Assembly (NCBI GenBank): GCA_015228875.1
Contig: JADGCS010000005.1
Coordinates: forward strand, 3,122 to 67,121
Length of the DNA stretch: 64,000 bases
Source of the DNA: Deltaproteobacteria bacterium
Lineage (GTDB): Bacteria; UBA10199; JADGCS01
Reading direction: 5' to 3'
Shown here piece after piece: positions 9,031-19,658 of the stretch. The position numbers and the translations under genes were made by a program. The notes beneath the pieces were generated by a model. The model searched no databases, was not told the origin of the DNA, and saw only the letters and a program-made list of their open reading frames with translations. Position 1 is the first letter of the stretch; each line of letters begins with the position of its first letter.

Positions 9031-12000
9031 CTAATTCTCCGAGAAGAGTTTGTAGACACGTACGGGATCTATGCTGAACTGCGGACGCCATCCGGTGATG
9101 GTTCTGCCGTCATCAGGCATTGTTTGAAGCCTGTAGAGGCACGAGAGGTGGATCATACCATCGAGAAGGCTGAGATCTGGTCCTATGGCCCCGTAAAGAC
9201 CATGCGTAAAATCAGTCCCCACTTCTCCATAAGCGCCGATGGCGACACGGTGAAGGATGTCAAAGTAGGCCCTCAGAGAACCTCCTAAAAACCAGCGGCC
9301 GCCGTTAAGGGTGTGTCCTGCGGTTAAAGCCGCCGCGGCGGTAAAGTCAAATGGGTCGCGCGGGCCGGTTGCGTGGATCTGCGCACCCACCGAAAGCGTT
9401 GCATGTAAGCCCCCGAGTGGGTCGCCCCTGATCCCCGTATTGAGGACCGGATCCCATTGGATGGCACTGTATTCCTCGTCGACTTTTTTTCTGAGCGTGT
9501 CGAGTTCATCGGGTTTTCTTGATGGGAATGAGTCGTAGATTTCTTTTTTTCTTTTTTCGAACTCCTCTTCTGAAAGAGGGGGGATGGGGTTTGTTACCGA
9601 CGAGACCCTGCCTGTATTGGCATCAACAGTGATCGTCATATTCTGCGGTGCGTCTGTTGTATGAACACGGCCGTGGTACTGGTCGCGAAACGTCGCTGTT
9701 TTAGCAGAGGCGAGGAGCATGAATTGTGAAGCGCGGCTATCTTCGGGCAACTGTCGTGCCAATGCCCTGACCTCACGCCACGTTTCGTCGACAAACATCG
9801 TGTTTTGGCCTGCGAGTTTTGTATCGGTGTGCCCCAGGGCTATCGACCCGACATAGGTTGTCACGTAGTGTTGGTAAATATCAACAAGGGCATCAGTTTT
9901 CAGGAGCAGTTTTTTAATCAGTCGCGGCAATTTTTTGAGTTTGTTCTTTTCCCTGTGTGCGGCATGGGGGGTGTCTTGATCAATCTTTTCTATCAGTTGA
10001 TCAAGTGCAGTGTTGATGGCTATCGTGGTTTCTCTTCTTTTTGTCTCGCTCCTTACCCTTTGATTATTGAGTCGTCTTTGCTCGTGATCGATCCCCGTGA
10101 TCCTGTTTCTTCCGGGGGAGGGATCTTCTTCTCTCAAGAGTTTTTTTCCGACCTGTTTAAAGAATTGCTCCACGTCATTTTCGAGGGGTGCCTCTTGGGG
10201 TTCACCTGCAGCAACCTTTTCGGCACTGCCAGCGGGTGTTGTGGTTATGTTACCCGGCAAGAGAGCCGTTTTGGGTATTTTGTGATCGGTCTGTGTCCCT
10301 GTCTCGGTATTTGTATCTGTTGATTTTTCTCCTTTGAGCCGCCTGATCCCCTCTTCAAAAAGTTCACCCGTGTCGCTCAAGTTTTCTGTGTAACGGTCTT
10401 TAAAACTTTGGGCCTCTTCTGTGAGCCCCAGGTCAAGAAGGCAAAAATAGATGACCCAGAAATATTCCTTCAGTAACGACTCTGCCCTGTAGACAGCGCC
10501 AATGTTGGCATCGCGGGCGATCAAGACATCGTTGACAGGGCCCATGTCAGCGGCGAGGCCCGTGTGGTCTTTGGCGAGGAGTGCCAAGGTCTCAAGGATG
10601 GTACTCTGTGTGTGGGCAATGAGTTTGAGTCGCGAGTCTGCGATGTGATCCCATGTCTTGTGAAAGGTGACGGAATCGAGTGAAAATTCGTCAACGGCCT
10701 TGACAACAGCGGGGTCTGTCTCGGTTTCAAGCGGCTCTATGTCGATCCTTAGGGTCTTGACCTCGATCTTAAGATCGCCGTTCTCATCAACACCAAGCAT
10801 CATATGTGCGGCACCCAGAGGTGTATCGATCATCGAAGGGACAGTGAACTGCATCAGCGGTGATGCCCGCAGGGGTTCCTTGTGAACATCTACAAGACCG
10901 ACTTTGCGGGCCATCTCCCCACCTTGATCAACATCATTGATGTTTTTGTAATCAAAACGGTGTTTATGGGCATTTATCACGGCGATGACCCTGTCATCTG
11001 AGAGAACGGTTTCTCCAAAGAGATGGGGCTGTCTGACATGACCGGCCTTTTCAATATCATCCATGCCGTAATGCGAGGCGATGATAAACTTGGCTTGAGG
11101 ATTTTCCAGGAGACGCGCGTCCATAAAGGCGCGCACGAGGTGCGTGGTGACGTATGAGAGATGCCCGTGAATGGCACCGTTGGTTGATGTGTCCTCAAAA
11201 AAGTCCACGTCAAGGCTGAGGTGATAGACAGGGGTTTCCCCCGCCTTTGTGTCGTAAATACCAAGCTGGCTCGCGGACAGGTGCAGTCTGCTCTCGAGCG
11301 CTGACACAGCATCACCTTTTGCGGTGTTATGGATACTTGAATGCCAGCGAGGGAGGCCATTAACCGGCGGGACTTGTTGCCAGAATGTTTGCTCAACGCT
11401 GGTTGCGTCTGCCCATGATTTAAGGTCTGGCCCGTCCGTGCGGTAATTTTCCCAGTTTGAGTGCGTGAGTCGGATGGGCACGCTTTTTTCAGGATGGCTC
11501 GGGTCCCTGTGGCCCAAACTCTCTTCCATCTCGTCGATCACATAATCTTTTGTCAGTACCTCGCTCGCACTGCCGCTCTGTTGCTGGATCACGGCCTCCT
11601 CGTATGTGCCGGGGCCACCAAAGGTGCTTCTGTACAACAGTTTCAGCGGGCTTAAGGCACCACCAAAGGCATTGCCTGTGGCAAACGTCCCGTTGGGCAA
11701 GAGTTCATGATTGCCGTTTAAATCTTCAATCGTTCTTAATCGAGGGTGAATCTGTGCGCCGCTCTCAAGTACTTTCCATGCAGATCCCAGTTCACCCTTT
11801 GTACTTGTATCAGGTTTGTCTCCGTAAATAATCTGCCCTGCGATGTATTCGTCGCGGCATTGAGAGGGGACTGCTTCGATAAATTGTTTCCCCAATTTTT
11901 GGTAGACGGCCCCTATACCGAGTTCATTTGCTGTCAAGCGATTTGCCGAATCGACCTGTCTGTTGATGGTCTCTGATTGAATCACCGTTGTGCCCACACG

Positions 12001-12054
12001 ATCGGCATCCTGCAGGTCACCAACAAGAAAAATATGGGTTTTACATTCGGTCAT
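9031..12054 (-). CDS. Large calcineurin-like metallophosphoesterase-domain protein with C-terminal beta-rich domain
   Basis: Motifs in order GDLQD, GDKPD, GNHE, SHYG, AHKH; helical linker; C-terminal amphipathic strands. Confidence 0.65.
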   Translation of the reverse strand: MTECKTHIFLVGDLQDADRVGTTVIQSETINRQVDSANRLTANELGIGAVYQKLGKQFIEAVPSQCRDEYIAGQIIYGDKPDTSTKGELGSAWKVLESGAQIHPRLRTIEDLNGNHELLPNGTFATGNAFGGALSPLKLLYRSTFGGPGTYEEAVIQQQSGSASEVLTKDYVIDEMEESLGHRDPSHPEKSVPIRLTHSNWENYRTDGPDLKSWADATSVEQTFWQQVPPVNGLPRWHSSIHNTAKGDAVSALESRLHLSASQLGIYDTKAGETPVYHLSLDVDFFEDTSTNGAIHGHLSYVTTHLVRAFMDARLLENPQAKFIIASHYGMDDIEKAGHVRQPHLFGETVLSDDRVIAVINAHKHRFDYKNINDVDQGGEMARKVGLVDVHKEPLRASPLMQFTVPSMIDTPLGAAHMMLGVDENGDLKIEVKTLRIDIEPLETETDPAVVKAVDEFSLDSVTFHKTWDHIADSRLKLIAHTQSTILETLALLAKDHTGLAADMGPVNDVLIARDANIGAVYRAESLLKEYFWVIYFCLLDLGLTEEAQSFKDRYTENLSDTGELFEEGIRRLKGEKSTDTNTETGTQTDHKIPKTALLPGNITTTPAGSAEKVAAGEPQEAPLENDVEQFFKQVGKKLLREEDPSPGRNRITGIDHEQRRLNNQRVRSETKRRETTIAINTALDQLIEKIDQDTPHAAHREKNKLKKLPRLIKKLLLKTDALVDIYQHYVTTYVGSIALGHTDTKLAGQNTMFVDETWREVRALARQLPEDSRASQFMLLASAKTATFRDQYHGRVHTTDAPQNMTITVDANTGRVSSVTNPIPPLSEEEFEKRKKEIYDSFPSRKPDELDTLRKKVDEEYSAIQWDPVLNTGIRGDPLGGLHATLSVGAQIHATGPRDPFDFTAAAALTAGHTLNGGRWFLGGSLRAYFDILHRVAIGAYGEVGTDFTHGLYGAIGPDLSLLDGMIHLSCLYRLQTMPDDGRTITGWRPQFSIDPVRVYKLFSEN

Positions 12055-12257
12055 AGACAGCCTTTGTGACGTGGTTTTGGCCGCTGGTTACACGAACATG
12101 TTATTGGATGTTATCGTCTGATAAAGGGTTAAGTTGTTTCTAATTAACGCGATGCATATTTGCTAATAATAACAAGAGTTTTGTGTATTCGAGAGGGGGG
12201 CAAAAAATCGGCAGGGCGGGACGACCATTGGTTCTTTTTAACAAAACAGTCGCTATG

Positions 12258-14210
12258 TCAACAGGGCTTGCATTGAAAAATAAGGGTTACCGTCAATCCT
12301 CCATCTGGATTATTCACGGCCTCAATCTCTCCTCCCATACCATCTATGATCATTTTTGCCATCGCGAGCCCAATACCGGTCCCTTTGGTTTTACGGGTCA
12401 TCTCATTTTCGATACGGTAAAACTTGTTGAAGATTTTTTTTAATTCCGCCTGGGGGATCCCTGGTCCCTGATCTGTGATGGACCAGATGACCTGATTTGC
12501 TTTTGTCTCCAGTTTCATCGAGATGATTTTTTTTGTGCTGTCTTTTGAAAATTTGATACTGTTATCGACAAGGATGATGAGGACCTGTTTGAGGGCCTCG
12601 GGGTCGTAGGTGATGGCGGGAATGTTTTTGCCCGCGCCTGTCTCCCATTCAAACCCGTTTTTGAGAACGAGGTCCTTGAGTTCCTGACTGAGGGTCTCAA
12701 AGTCTTTTGCAGGCTCGGTGGTGTTAAGATTAAAACGGTAATTGTGTTTTTCGAGGCGTGCGAGTTGCAGGACATTGTCTATCAGCCTGCTTAGGCGGTC
12801 TCCCTCTTTGGTCATCACTTGGTAGTATTCCTGTTTTTTTGCCTCGTCTTTGACCCAGCCCTCGCTGAGCATCTCGCTGAACATGCGGATGGAGGTGAGC
12901 GGGGTCTTGAGTTCGTGGGTCACTGCAGAGACAAAGTCCTGACGTTTTTGGGATAAGATGACCACAGATGCGGCAGATCTGTAGATCATATAAAGTCCCA
13001 GAGTTAAAATGAGGGTGAGCAGGGCGGTCATGAGGTGCAAGAGTTTGCGGCCAGATGAGTCGGGCAGGCGGTGATAATAAATCGACCAGGTGAATTGGTT
13101 AAGGGGATACCCCAACTGCCTTTCAAAGAGAATTTGCGCGTGAGTGATTGTGGACAAGGACTGCAAACCCGCAAGAACCCTGTCGTTCCACCGGATATTG
13201 GAAAAAGAAAACGCAGGCAGTATGGAATTATTAAACGAAGATTCCATCAGCCACGTGTAAAGGCGGTCTATCTCAATCACAAAACCCTGTATGTACATTT
13301 TTTGGTCGAGCCATATCTTGCGATAAAAGATGATGTCCTTCCAGTCGACAAGACGGGCGCGAAACGGATCGGTGAGAACAGATGCCTGTGTTTCAACAGG
13401 TGTTTTCTGGGCGCTGTCCTGATCTTCTTTTTTCTTGATGGTGTCAACATCCGCAAAGATTTTTTGTTGTTTAAATGTTTCAAATTGGGCTGTGTTGGTC
13501 ACAACGGCCTGTGTAGCCTTGTCATCTATTGATTGCTCGGTGTCAGGCACAGAGGCACCCAGATCAGGGCTGCTTATTTTTGATGGCCTGCTTTTTAATT
13601 TTGCGGTGTGTTTTTTTTCTTCTGATGGTTTTTGTTCTTTAAGAGGGTTGGGGTAAATGGTGGAGCGTGACAGAAGTGCGAGGGGTTGTGCAGGGGGCAG
13701 GTCGATGGTGTTGTTTTTGTTTGCGGTGGTTTCTGCTGTATTTGTTTTTGGCAGGTTTGTTTTAATATCACCCTGCAGGGTTTGTGTGACAAGGCTTAGC
13801 CGGTCCTGAAGATTTTTTCTTAAAGCGAGGTCATCAAGTTTGTCCTGATCTTTTTTGGGCGGCAGATAGGGTGTGTGAAAAGAGCCGTCGGGGTTGATCT
13901 GAAAATAACCAATCAGGCCCCGGGGATCATCGTGTGGCGGTGTGGACAGGGGAGAAATGTTAAGCGCATAACCCTTTTGTTGAGTCTCGGGGATGTAATA
14001 ATAGCGGTATTCGCTAAAGGAGCGGGCGTCTTCTTTTGAGAGGAATTCGCTGATGCCTGCCTGCATCTGATTGAATACGTTTTCCGAAATCCCTTCCCAG
14101 AGGTGTTTTTCTTCACGGCTGATCTGGTTGTAGGCATAAACAACAAGCGATCCAAAGGCCAGTGCGAGCAGGATAAAAAATGTGATGAACTGGATTTTTA
14201 TTTTTGCCAT
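12258..14210 (-). CDS. Membrane sensor histidine kinase
   Basis: Two TM helices, VTHELKTPLTSIR, LVDNSIKF, DQGPGI, GTGIGL. Confidence 0.95.
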   Translation of the reverse strand: MAKIKIQFITFFILLALAFGSLVVYAYNQISREEKHLWEGISENVFNQMQAGISEFLSKEDARSFSEYRYYYIPETQQKGYALNISPLSTPPHDDPRGLIGYFQINPDGSFHTPYLPPKKDQDKLDDLALRKNLQDRLSLVTQTLQGDIKTNLPKTNTAETTANKNNTIDLPPAQPLALLSRSTIYPNPLKEQKPSEEKKHTAKLKSRPSKISSPDLGASVPDTEQSIDDKATQAVVTNTAQFETFKQQKIFADVDTIKKKEDQDSAQKTPVETQASVLTDPFRARLVDWKDIIFYRKIWLDQKMYIQGFVIEIDRLYTWLMESSFNNSILPAFSFSNIRWNDRVLAGLQSLSTITHAQILFERQLGYPLNQFTWSIYYHRLPDSSGRKLLHLMTALLTLILTLGLYMIYRSAASVVILSQKRQDFVSAVTHELKTPLTSIRMFSEMLSEGWVKDEAKKQEYYQVMTKEGDRLSRLIDNVLQLARLEKHNYRFNLNTTEPAKDFETLSQELKDLVLKNGFEWETGAGKNIPAITYDPEALKQVLIILVDNSIKFSKDSTKKIISMKLETKANQVIWSITDQGPGIPQAELKKIFNKFYRIENEMTRKTKGTGIGLAMAKMIIDGMGGEIEAVNNPDGGLTVTLIFQCKPC

Positions 14211-14229
14211 TGTTTATTTTTAAATTTCG

Positions 14230-14922
14230 TCAGTCTTTGGGTGCCATTTTATACCCCTCCCCTCGGATGGTGACGATGATTTTTGGATTCTGGGGGTCGT
14301 CTTCTATTTTTTTTCTGAGTTTGGCCATGTGAATATCAACGGTGCGTGTGTCTATCCCATCAGCGGTGTAGCCCCAGACCTCTTTTAACAGCTCCTGTCT
14401 TGTGACGGGTCGCTGGTTGAATTTGATCAGGTAATTGAGGATGGTGACCTCACGGCGGGTCAGTTCAATTTTGTTGCCGTGCATTTTAAGGATCAGGTTT
14501 TGGGGGTCAATCACAAGATTGTTAAAGCAGATTGTCTCGGTTTCGTGGATGATTTTGGGGCTTCTTCTTAAAACGGCCTCGACACGGGCAAGCAACTCAC
14601 GTACCGAAAAAGGCTTGGGGATATAATCATCGGCGCCGTATTTTAATCCTGTGATGATGTCTTCCTCATCACCCTTTGCGGTCAGCATGATGATGGGCTG
14701 CGAGCGGTCTTTATTTCGGACCTCGTTGCAAATTGTGAGTCCATCGACATCGGGGAGCATGATATCCAGTATGAGAAGATGATAATCCCCCGACAGCGCC
14801 TTTTTAAGACCGGTCTTTCCATCGAGGGCTGTGTCAACATCGTAACCGTTGAATACAAAGACATCACACAGGCCCTTGATAATGGATTCTTCGTCTTCAA
14901 CAATGAGTATTCTGGGTTTCAT
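14230..14922 (-). CDS. OmpR/PhoB-family response regulator
   Basis: ILIVEDE, LDIMLP, GADDYIPKPF, TRTVDIH, TIRGEGY. Confidence 0.95.
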   Translation of the reverse strand: MKPRILIVEDEESIIKGLCDVFVFNGYDVDTALDGKTGLKKALSGDYHLLILDIMLPDVDGLTICNEVRNKDRSQPIIMLTAKGDEEDIITGLKYGADDYIPKPFSVRELLARVEAVLRRSPKIIHETETICFNNLVIDPQNLILKMHGNKIELTRREVTILNYLIKFNQRPVTRQELLKEVWGYTADGIDTRTVDIHMAKLRKKIEDDPQNPKIIVTIRGEGYKMAPKD

Positions 14923-14969
14923 GAGATGATCCCTTTCATTCAGTATAACCTTCGTATGTTATCCCAGAT

Positions 14970-15008
14970 TGTAAAAGAAATGTAAAATCCTCATATCCAT
15001 CTTTTACA
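14970..15008. promoter_or_regulatory. Putative OmpR-family operator: TGTAAAA direct repeat (11-bp period) plus an inverted copy
   Basis: TGTAAAA at 14970 and 14981, TTTTACA at 15002, in the divergent RR/VWA intergenic region. Confidence 0.5.
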
Positions 15009-15150
15009 CAACCTTGACTCATATTTTTTTGTGGCAGGCGTTATGATGATTATGGCTTGGTCGTTTAACAATCATCGTCCGCGAGTTGAGTGTGGTTCCG
15101 TCTCTTGCTGACGGGACAGCGAACTGCGGGATATGAGTCAAAGGAGAACT

Positions 15151-16608
15151 ATGAAATTTCAATACCTGTTTATTACAAAGAAACTTGTTCAAACAGCAGT
15201 CTTTGTATTTGCCGCCGTGATGGTCTGTTTGGGGGTGTACGCACGGGAAGTGAATGATCCAAAAAAAATCTGGCCCGACCCTGATCTGTCTTACATTTGG
15301 CGGAGCGGCGGGCCCGTTAAGGCACGATTTGCGCTGTCTCAAGACAAGGTTCTTGTCCATTCGGACGGGCTTGTCTACATGCAGGTCGATCTCGAAGCGG
15401 ACGATCAAGAAAGACCGCTCTTAAAAAAAAGGACCCCCACGGACTTTGTGATTGTCCTGGATCGCTCGGGCAGCATGTCGGGTCGCAACAAGATGACCTT
15501 TGCTCAAAAGGCCATCGAATCACTTTTGTGGCAGATTGGTGAAGAAGACAGGTTTGCGCTTGTTGCCTTTGATGATATGGTCGAGACACCGATTGCCTTA
15601 AGGACGATGACCAGCAAGAACCGCGAAGAACTGCTGTCAAGCATACAGTCCATTTCCCCGCGGGGCTCCACAAATCTTGGTGCCGGTTTGATCGAAGGGA
15701 TGAACATTCTCAAAAATGCAGGAAGGGTATCAGGTCATGCGCAAAGACTGATTCTCATTTCGGACGGCATGGCCAATGAGGGGATTACGGATGTGGCAGA
15801 GCTTGGGCGCATGGCGGGCGGCGCGGTTCAACATGAGTTTATCATCTCCACGATTGGTGTGGGGCTTGATTTTAACGAGACACTCCTTTCAAGCGTTGCT
15901 GATCATGGGACCGGGAGCTACTATTTTCTGGAGGATGTGGCCCAGCTCGACAAGATTCTCTCAGAAGAGTTTTACGGGGCAAGCCGCGTGCTTGCACGTA
16001 ACATTGTGCTCAAACTTGATCTGGCCTCGGGTTTTAGTGTGGAGGAGGCATCTGGTTACCCGATCAGTCAGAGGGGTGGGGCAGTCTTGGTTCAGGCGGG
16101 CAGTCTTTACGAACAGCAGAAAAAGACCTTCTTTGTCACCCTTAAGGTCCCGACCAGCGCTGTTTATACGGAGGCACTGGGTGATGTTGACTTAAGTTAC
16201 GAGGCCAACGGTACCTCTTACACGGTGGCACTTACGAGACCGGGACTCACCATCGCGTGCCTGCCCCTTGAGAAAAAGGAAGAGGTCAAGAGGTCTGTGG
16301 ATCAGGAGATCTTTACCAACGCGTGGACAAAAAACAACTATGGACTCCTTTTAAAAGCAAGCGGCGGTCAGGTGGCAAGCGGCAACCTTGTCGGGGCAAA
16401 ATCCTCCGTGCAGGAGTACAAAAACAAACTGCAGGAGGCCTACGAAGTGGCACCCTCCCCCGCGATTGCCAATCAAATCTCTGAACTCGGTACCCTGGAA
16501 AAAGAAATGGATCATTCCTTTACAGGGGCAGACAGTGAGGAAAAACAAAAGCGCCTCAGCAAAAAATTGCATTTTGAGGGCGGCAAGGAACAGAGGGTGG
16601 TTAAATAG
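15151..16608 (+). CDS. VWA-domain protein (YfbK/Ca-activated chloride channel homolog-like), signal-anchored
   Basis: MIDAS DRSGSMS, GSTNL, ISDGMAN; AAGGAG RBS before ATG 15151. Confidence 0.9.
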   Translation: MKFQYLFITKKLVQTAVFVFAAVMVCLGVYAREVNDPKKIWPDPDLSYIWRSGGPVKARFALSQDKVLVHSDGLVYMQVDLEADDQERPLLKKRTPTDFVIVLDRSGSMSGRNKMTFAQKAIESLLWQIGEEDRFALVAFDDMVETPIALRTMTSKNREELLSSIQSISPRGSTNLGAGLIEGMNILKNAGRVSGHAQRLILISDGMANEGITDVAELGRMAGGAVQHEFIISTIGVGLDFNETLLSSVADHGTGSYYFLEDVAQLDKILSEEFYGASRVLARNIVLKLDLASGFSVEEASGYPISQRGGAVLVQAGSLYEQQKKTFFVTLKVPTSAVYTEALGDVDLSYEANGTSYTVALTRPGLTIACLPLEKKEEVKRSVDQEIFTNAWTKNNYGLLLKASGGQVASGNLVGAKSSVQEYKNKLQEAYEVAPSPAIANQISELGTLEKEMDHSFTGADSEEKQKRLSKKLHFEGGKEQRVVK

Positions 16609-16653
16609 CAGGCATCGTAGTCGCGAGCGGTGCGTTGCGGTGGACATGACGGG

Positions 16654-16745
16654 GTCATGTCTAACGCTGTGCGCCCACGTGGCGATCCCCCTGGCACCAT
16701 TTGGATCAAAGGGATTGCCGCGTCGCTTACGCTCCTCGCAATGAC
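16654..16745. repeat. REP-like palindrome of the GTCATTGCGAG...GCAATC type
   Basis: GTCAT/ATGAC ends; 13-bp stem ACGTGGCGATCCC/GGGATTGCCGCGT with wobbles; lies between convergent genes. Confidence 0.65.
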
Positions 16746-16797
16746 GCAGCTTGCTCTCATTATCGGCAATTATTTATGTCGCTCAGTGTAGAAAGGG

Positions 16798-17763
16798 TCA
16801 AGAGATTTGTTGAGCCACCCAGTCCATCACATTCTTTTCCAGTCTCCTTTGATACAATGTATTAACCTCCCCGATCCCCATCGGGGAGGTTGTGTTGATT
16901 TCGGTGCAGTGACCTCCGATGATGTCTATGCCCACAAAATACAATTGCATCTCATGGAGTTTATCTTTGATGGTGTGAACAATCTCACGGTCTCGTTTTG
17001 TGATCGTTGTAGCGGTGATCCGTGCCCCGCTGTGCAGATTGCCACGAAAGTCTTTTTTGGATGGGACGCGCACAAAGGCCCCCAGTATCTCTCCGTTGAG
17101 GAGCAGGATGCGTTTGTCTCCTTTTATGGCCTCGGGGAGATACTGTTGTGCCATGATAAAACGGTTCTGCTGATGGGTGAGTGTCTCTATGATTGCATTG
17201 AGTGATGTGTCGTCTGCGCGTACCTTGATCACGCCGCGGCCTCCCGCCTGATTAAGGACTTTGAGGATCGCGGTTTTTTCATTTCTTACAAATTGGCAGA
17301 TGAGCTGCGTTGCTTTGCTGACAAGGGTACGCGGTGTGATCCCCTTAAAGTGGAGCGGAAGAATTTTTTCGTTGGCGAGTTTGATCCCTGCGGGGTTATT
17401 AACCATGAGGACTTTGTTGTTTAAAAGTTCGAGTATGGTCAGGTGATCGATAAAATTTACATCAACGGGGGGGTCCTTGCGTAAAAAAAGGGCGTGCATT
17501 CTGGTGAGGTTGATTTCCCTCCTATCGGAGACTGTGTAAGAAAAACCGCGTTTGCACTGCTTGACGATGACCTGTCGTGCCAACGCGTGCGGGGTTGTGC
17601 CCTTGACAAAGAGGTCCTGGAGTTCAAAGTGATCACACCCCCACCCACGTCTCGTTGCCTCGTGCATGAGAAAGAGGGTGGTCTCGTTTTGCAGATCAAA
17701 GTTTTCCAGAGGGTCGGCGACAAAACCGATCGTGAGTGTGGTTTTGTGTTTGATTTTTGACAT
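16798..17763 (-). CDS. gshB: Glutathione synthetase
   Basis: RKDPP, GRGV, QQYLPE..GDKR, DFRGNLHSG, EINTTSP motifs. Confidence 0.93.
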   Translation of the reverse strand: MSKIKHKTTLTIGFVADPLENFDLQNETTLFLMHEATRRGWGCDHFELQDLFVKGTTPHALARQVIVKQCKRGFSYTVSDRREINLTRMHALFLRKDPPVDVNFIDHLTILELLNNKVLMVNNPAGIKLANEKILPLHFKGITPRTLVSKATQLICQFVRNEKTAILKVLNQAGGRGVIKVRADDTSLNAIIETLTHQQNRFIMAQQYLPEAIKGDKRILLLNGEILGAFVRVPSKKDFRGNLHSGARITATTITKRDREIVHTIKDKLHEMQLYFVGIDIIGGHCTEINTTSPMGIGEVNTLYQRRLEKNVMDWVAQQIS

Positions 17764-17811
17764 GAGGGGGCTCTGCCAGAATCAGGAAGCGAGTGCAATT
17801 GGCATTTTTTG

Positions 17812-18471
17812 CTATTTTCGTTTCTTTTTTACCTGCCCCAGATCAAAGACCTTCTTTTCATACCTGCCGTTTTTTGCCTTTGCGATGATGGTGAGGGATT
17901 TTGGTTTTTTTGTGGGGGGAAAATACATGACCCCGCCCAGTGTCATGCCAGGGGGGAGTCTTTTGATATCGGTTATTGTATTATTTTCGAACTGGATAAG
18001 TTTGTTTTGCTTTGCCTGATTTTCAAAACCCTTGGTGAGAAGGGCGGCACCGCCCGCAGACAGGGCGCCCATTGCTAGCCCAAAGGCGAGATCGCTGTTG
18101 GACCTTGATGTGGCGAGTGCAGCAATGCCCAAACCTACCCCGAGTGCTGTTGGTAACAGAGCGAGCCCCGGTTTTTGCTGTTCGATGGAGCGGACCTGAT
18201 CAACGGTTAAAGGCCCCTGCGAGTATTTAATTTCATCATCGAGATAGATTTCCCTTGGAGTGAATTCGATGTAGTTGTCGGTGGGATTGGTAAAGCCGAT
18301 TTCAACCGCCGTGTAATGCCGTGTCTTTTTATAGGCAAAAATCCTTGCCTCAATGCTGTTGTGAATAGTCTGGACATTGTCTGCCAATGTTTTTATTGTT
18401 TCGGCGTAGGCAGCTCTGTGAAACGTAAGACACAGAGAGACCGTGATGATCATGAGTGTTTTTGTTTTCAT
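17812..18471 (-). CDS. Exported hypothetical protein with glycine-zipper-like segment
   Basis: Signal peptide ending AYA; GVGLGIAALA..GLAMGALSAGG segment. Confidence 0.7.
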   Translation of the reverse strand: MKTKTLMIITVSLCLTFHRAAYAETIKTLADNVQTIHNSIEARIFAYKKTRHYTAVEIGFTNPTDNYIEFTPREIYLDDEIKYSQGPLTVDQVRSIEQQKPGLALLPTALGVGLGIAALATSRSNSDLAFGLAMGALSAGGAALLTKGFENQAKQNKLIQFENNTITDIKRLPPGMTLGGVMYFPPTKKPKSLTIIAKAKNGRYEKKVFDLGQVKKKRK

Positions 18472-18524
18472 AGGGGCTCCTCGAGTTTAAGTGACCAGGC
18501 ACGTCTATAAACGATCACCCTGCG

Positions 18525-19658
18525 TTGCAGGGTTTATATATGTTAGAGGGATCAAAAAAAACAGACAAAAAAAGACTGGCCCTGATCTTTGGTGATTCGG
18601 TTAACAAAGAACTCGCGGGTTATATTCTGCATCTTGCACTCGATCTTGGTGATGAGTTTGAGTTTGCGGCGGTATTTTGGAGCACCAGGGGTGAGAGGAA
18701 TGATGATGTTGCAAAGTGGTTTGCGGCGGCGGGCATTACGGTGTTGCGGGTTGTAGAAAAAAAACACCTGCTGCTCAAGGTTGTTAAAGGGGTGGCTGCA
18801 GCCCTTGATCTGCAGGGGGCGCAGGCGGTCATTACCTTTTGTCCGCAGGATGATTTTTTGGGATATGTTATCAAAAAAATAAGGCCCAGGATACAATGGA
18901 TCGCCTTTGTCAGGGGTATGGACGCTGTCTTTAGGCTCAAGGGGATCAAAAGGTATTTTTATAAAAGGATCATTCAAAGATTGCCGTGGGTTGTGTTTGA
19001 GTCAGAACACGACAAACAGCTCATGCAGGGTGGTGTGGGGCATCAACGGATGAGGATGATACATTCGGGGGGTATCAAAAAAATCGGGAGAGGTGATTTA
19101 AAAAAAATGCGTGGGCCGGAAAAAATCATCTTTATTGGAGACATCGAGCCCTGTCACGGGTGTGCCGATCTCATCAAGGCGTATACCTTCATCAAACCAA
19201 CCCATCCGCATGTGACAGTCGCAATTTACGGCACAGGGGCGCAGAGGTTCGAACTGGTGCAAAGGGTGGCGTCTCTCGGCCTCTCGGAAAAAATCAGGTT
19301 TCTTGAAACCCCGCTTGATCTTCAATCAGTCTTCTCCGATCACGCGATTTATGTTCAGCCTTACAGTTTTCAGGGGCTCTCTTTTGGATTACAGGCTGCT
19401 GTGAGTCTTAAAATTCCCGTTGTCGCTTATGATCAAGAGGCCATCAGGGAATTCTTGACTGATGAAGAATCGGCACTCCTTGTTAAGGCCGGTGATGCCT
19501 ACAAGCTTGGCCATGCACTTGCCAGGATTCTCAATGAAGGGGCCTTGGGGGCAAGGCTCGCAAAAACAGCGAGGCTGCAACTCAGCTCGAGACTCTCGTA
19601 CAGCAGGGCCTTGGCAGAATACAGTGTTTTCTTTAAAGTTGTGAGTTCGTATGTTTAA
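18525..19658 (+). CDS. Glycosyltransferase family 4-like
   Basis: C-terminal GT-B pattern [21 protein letters not shown]; acceptor-side motifs degenerate. Confidence 0.8.
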   Translation: MQGLYMLEGSKKTDKKRLALIFGDSVNKELAGYILHLALDLGDEFEFAAVFWSTRGERNDDVAKWFAAAGITVLRVVEKKHLLLKVVKGVAAALDLQGAQAVITFCPQDDFLGYVIKKIRPRIQWIAFVRGMDAVFRLKGIKRYFYKRIIQRLPWVVFESEHDKQLMQGGVGHQRMRMIHSGGIKKIGRGDLKKMRGPEKIIFIGDIEPCHGCADLIKAYTFIKPTHPHVTVAIYGTGAQRFELVQRVASLGLSEKIRFLETPLDLQSVFSDHAIYVQPYSFQGLSFGLQAAVSLKIPVVAYDQEAIREFLTDEESALLVKAGDAYKLGHALARILNEGALGARLAKTARLQLSSRLSYSRALAEYSVFFKVVSSYV

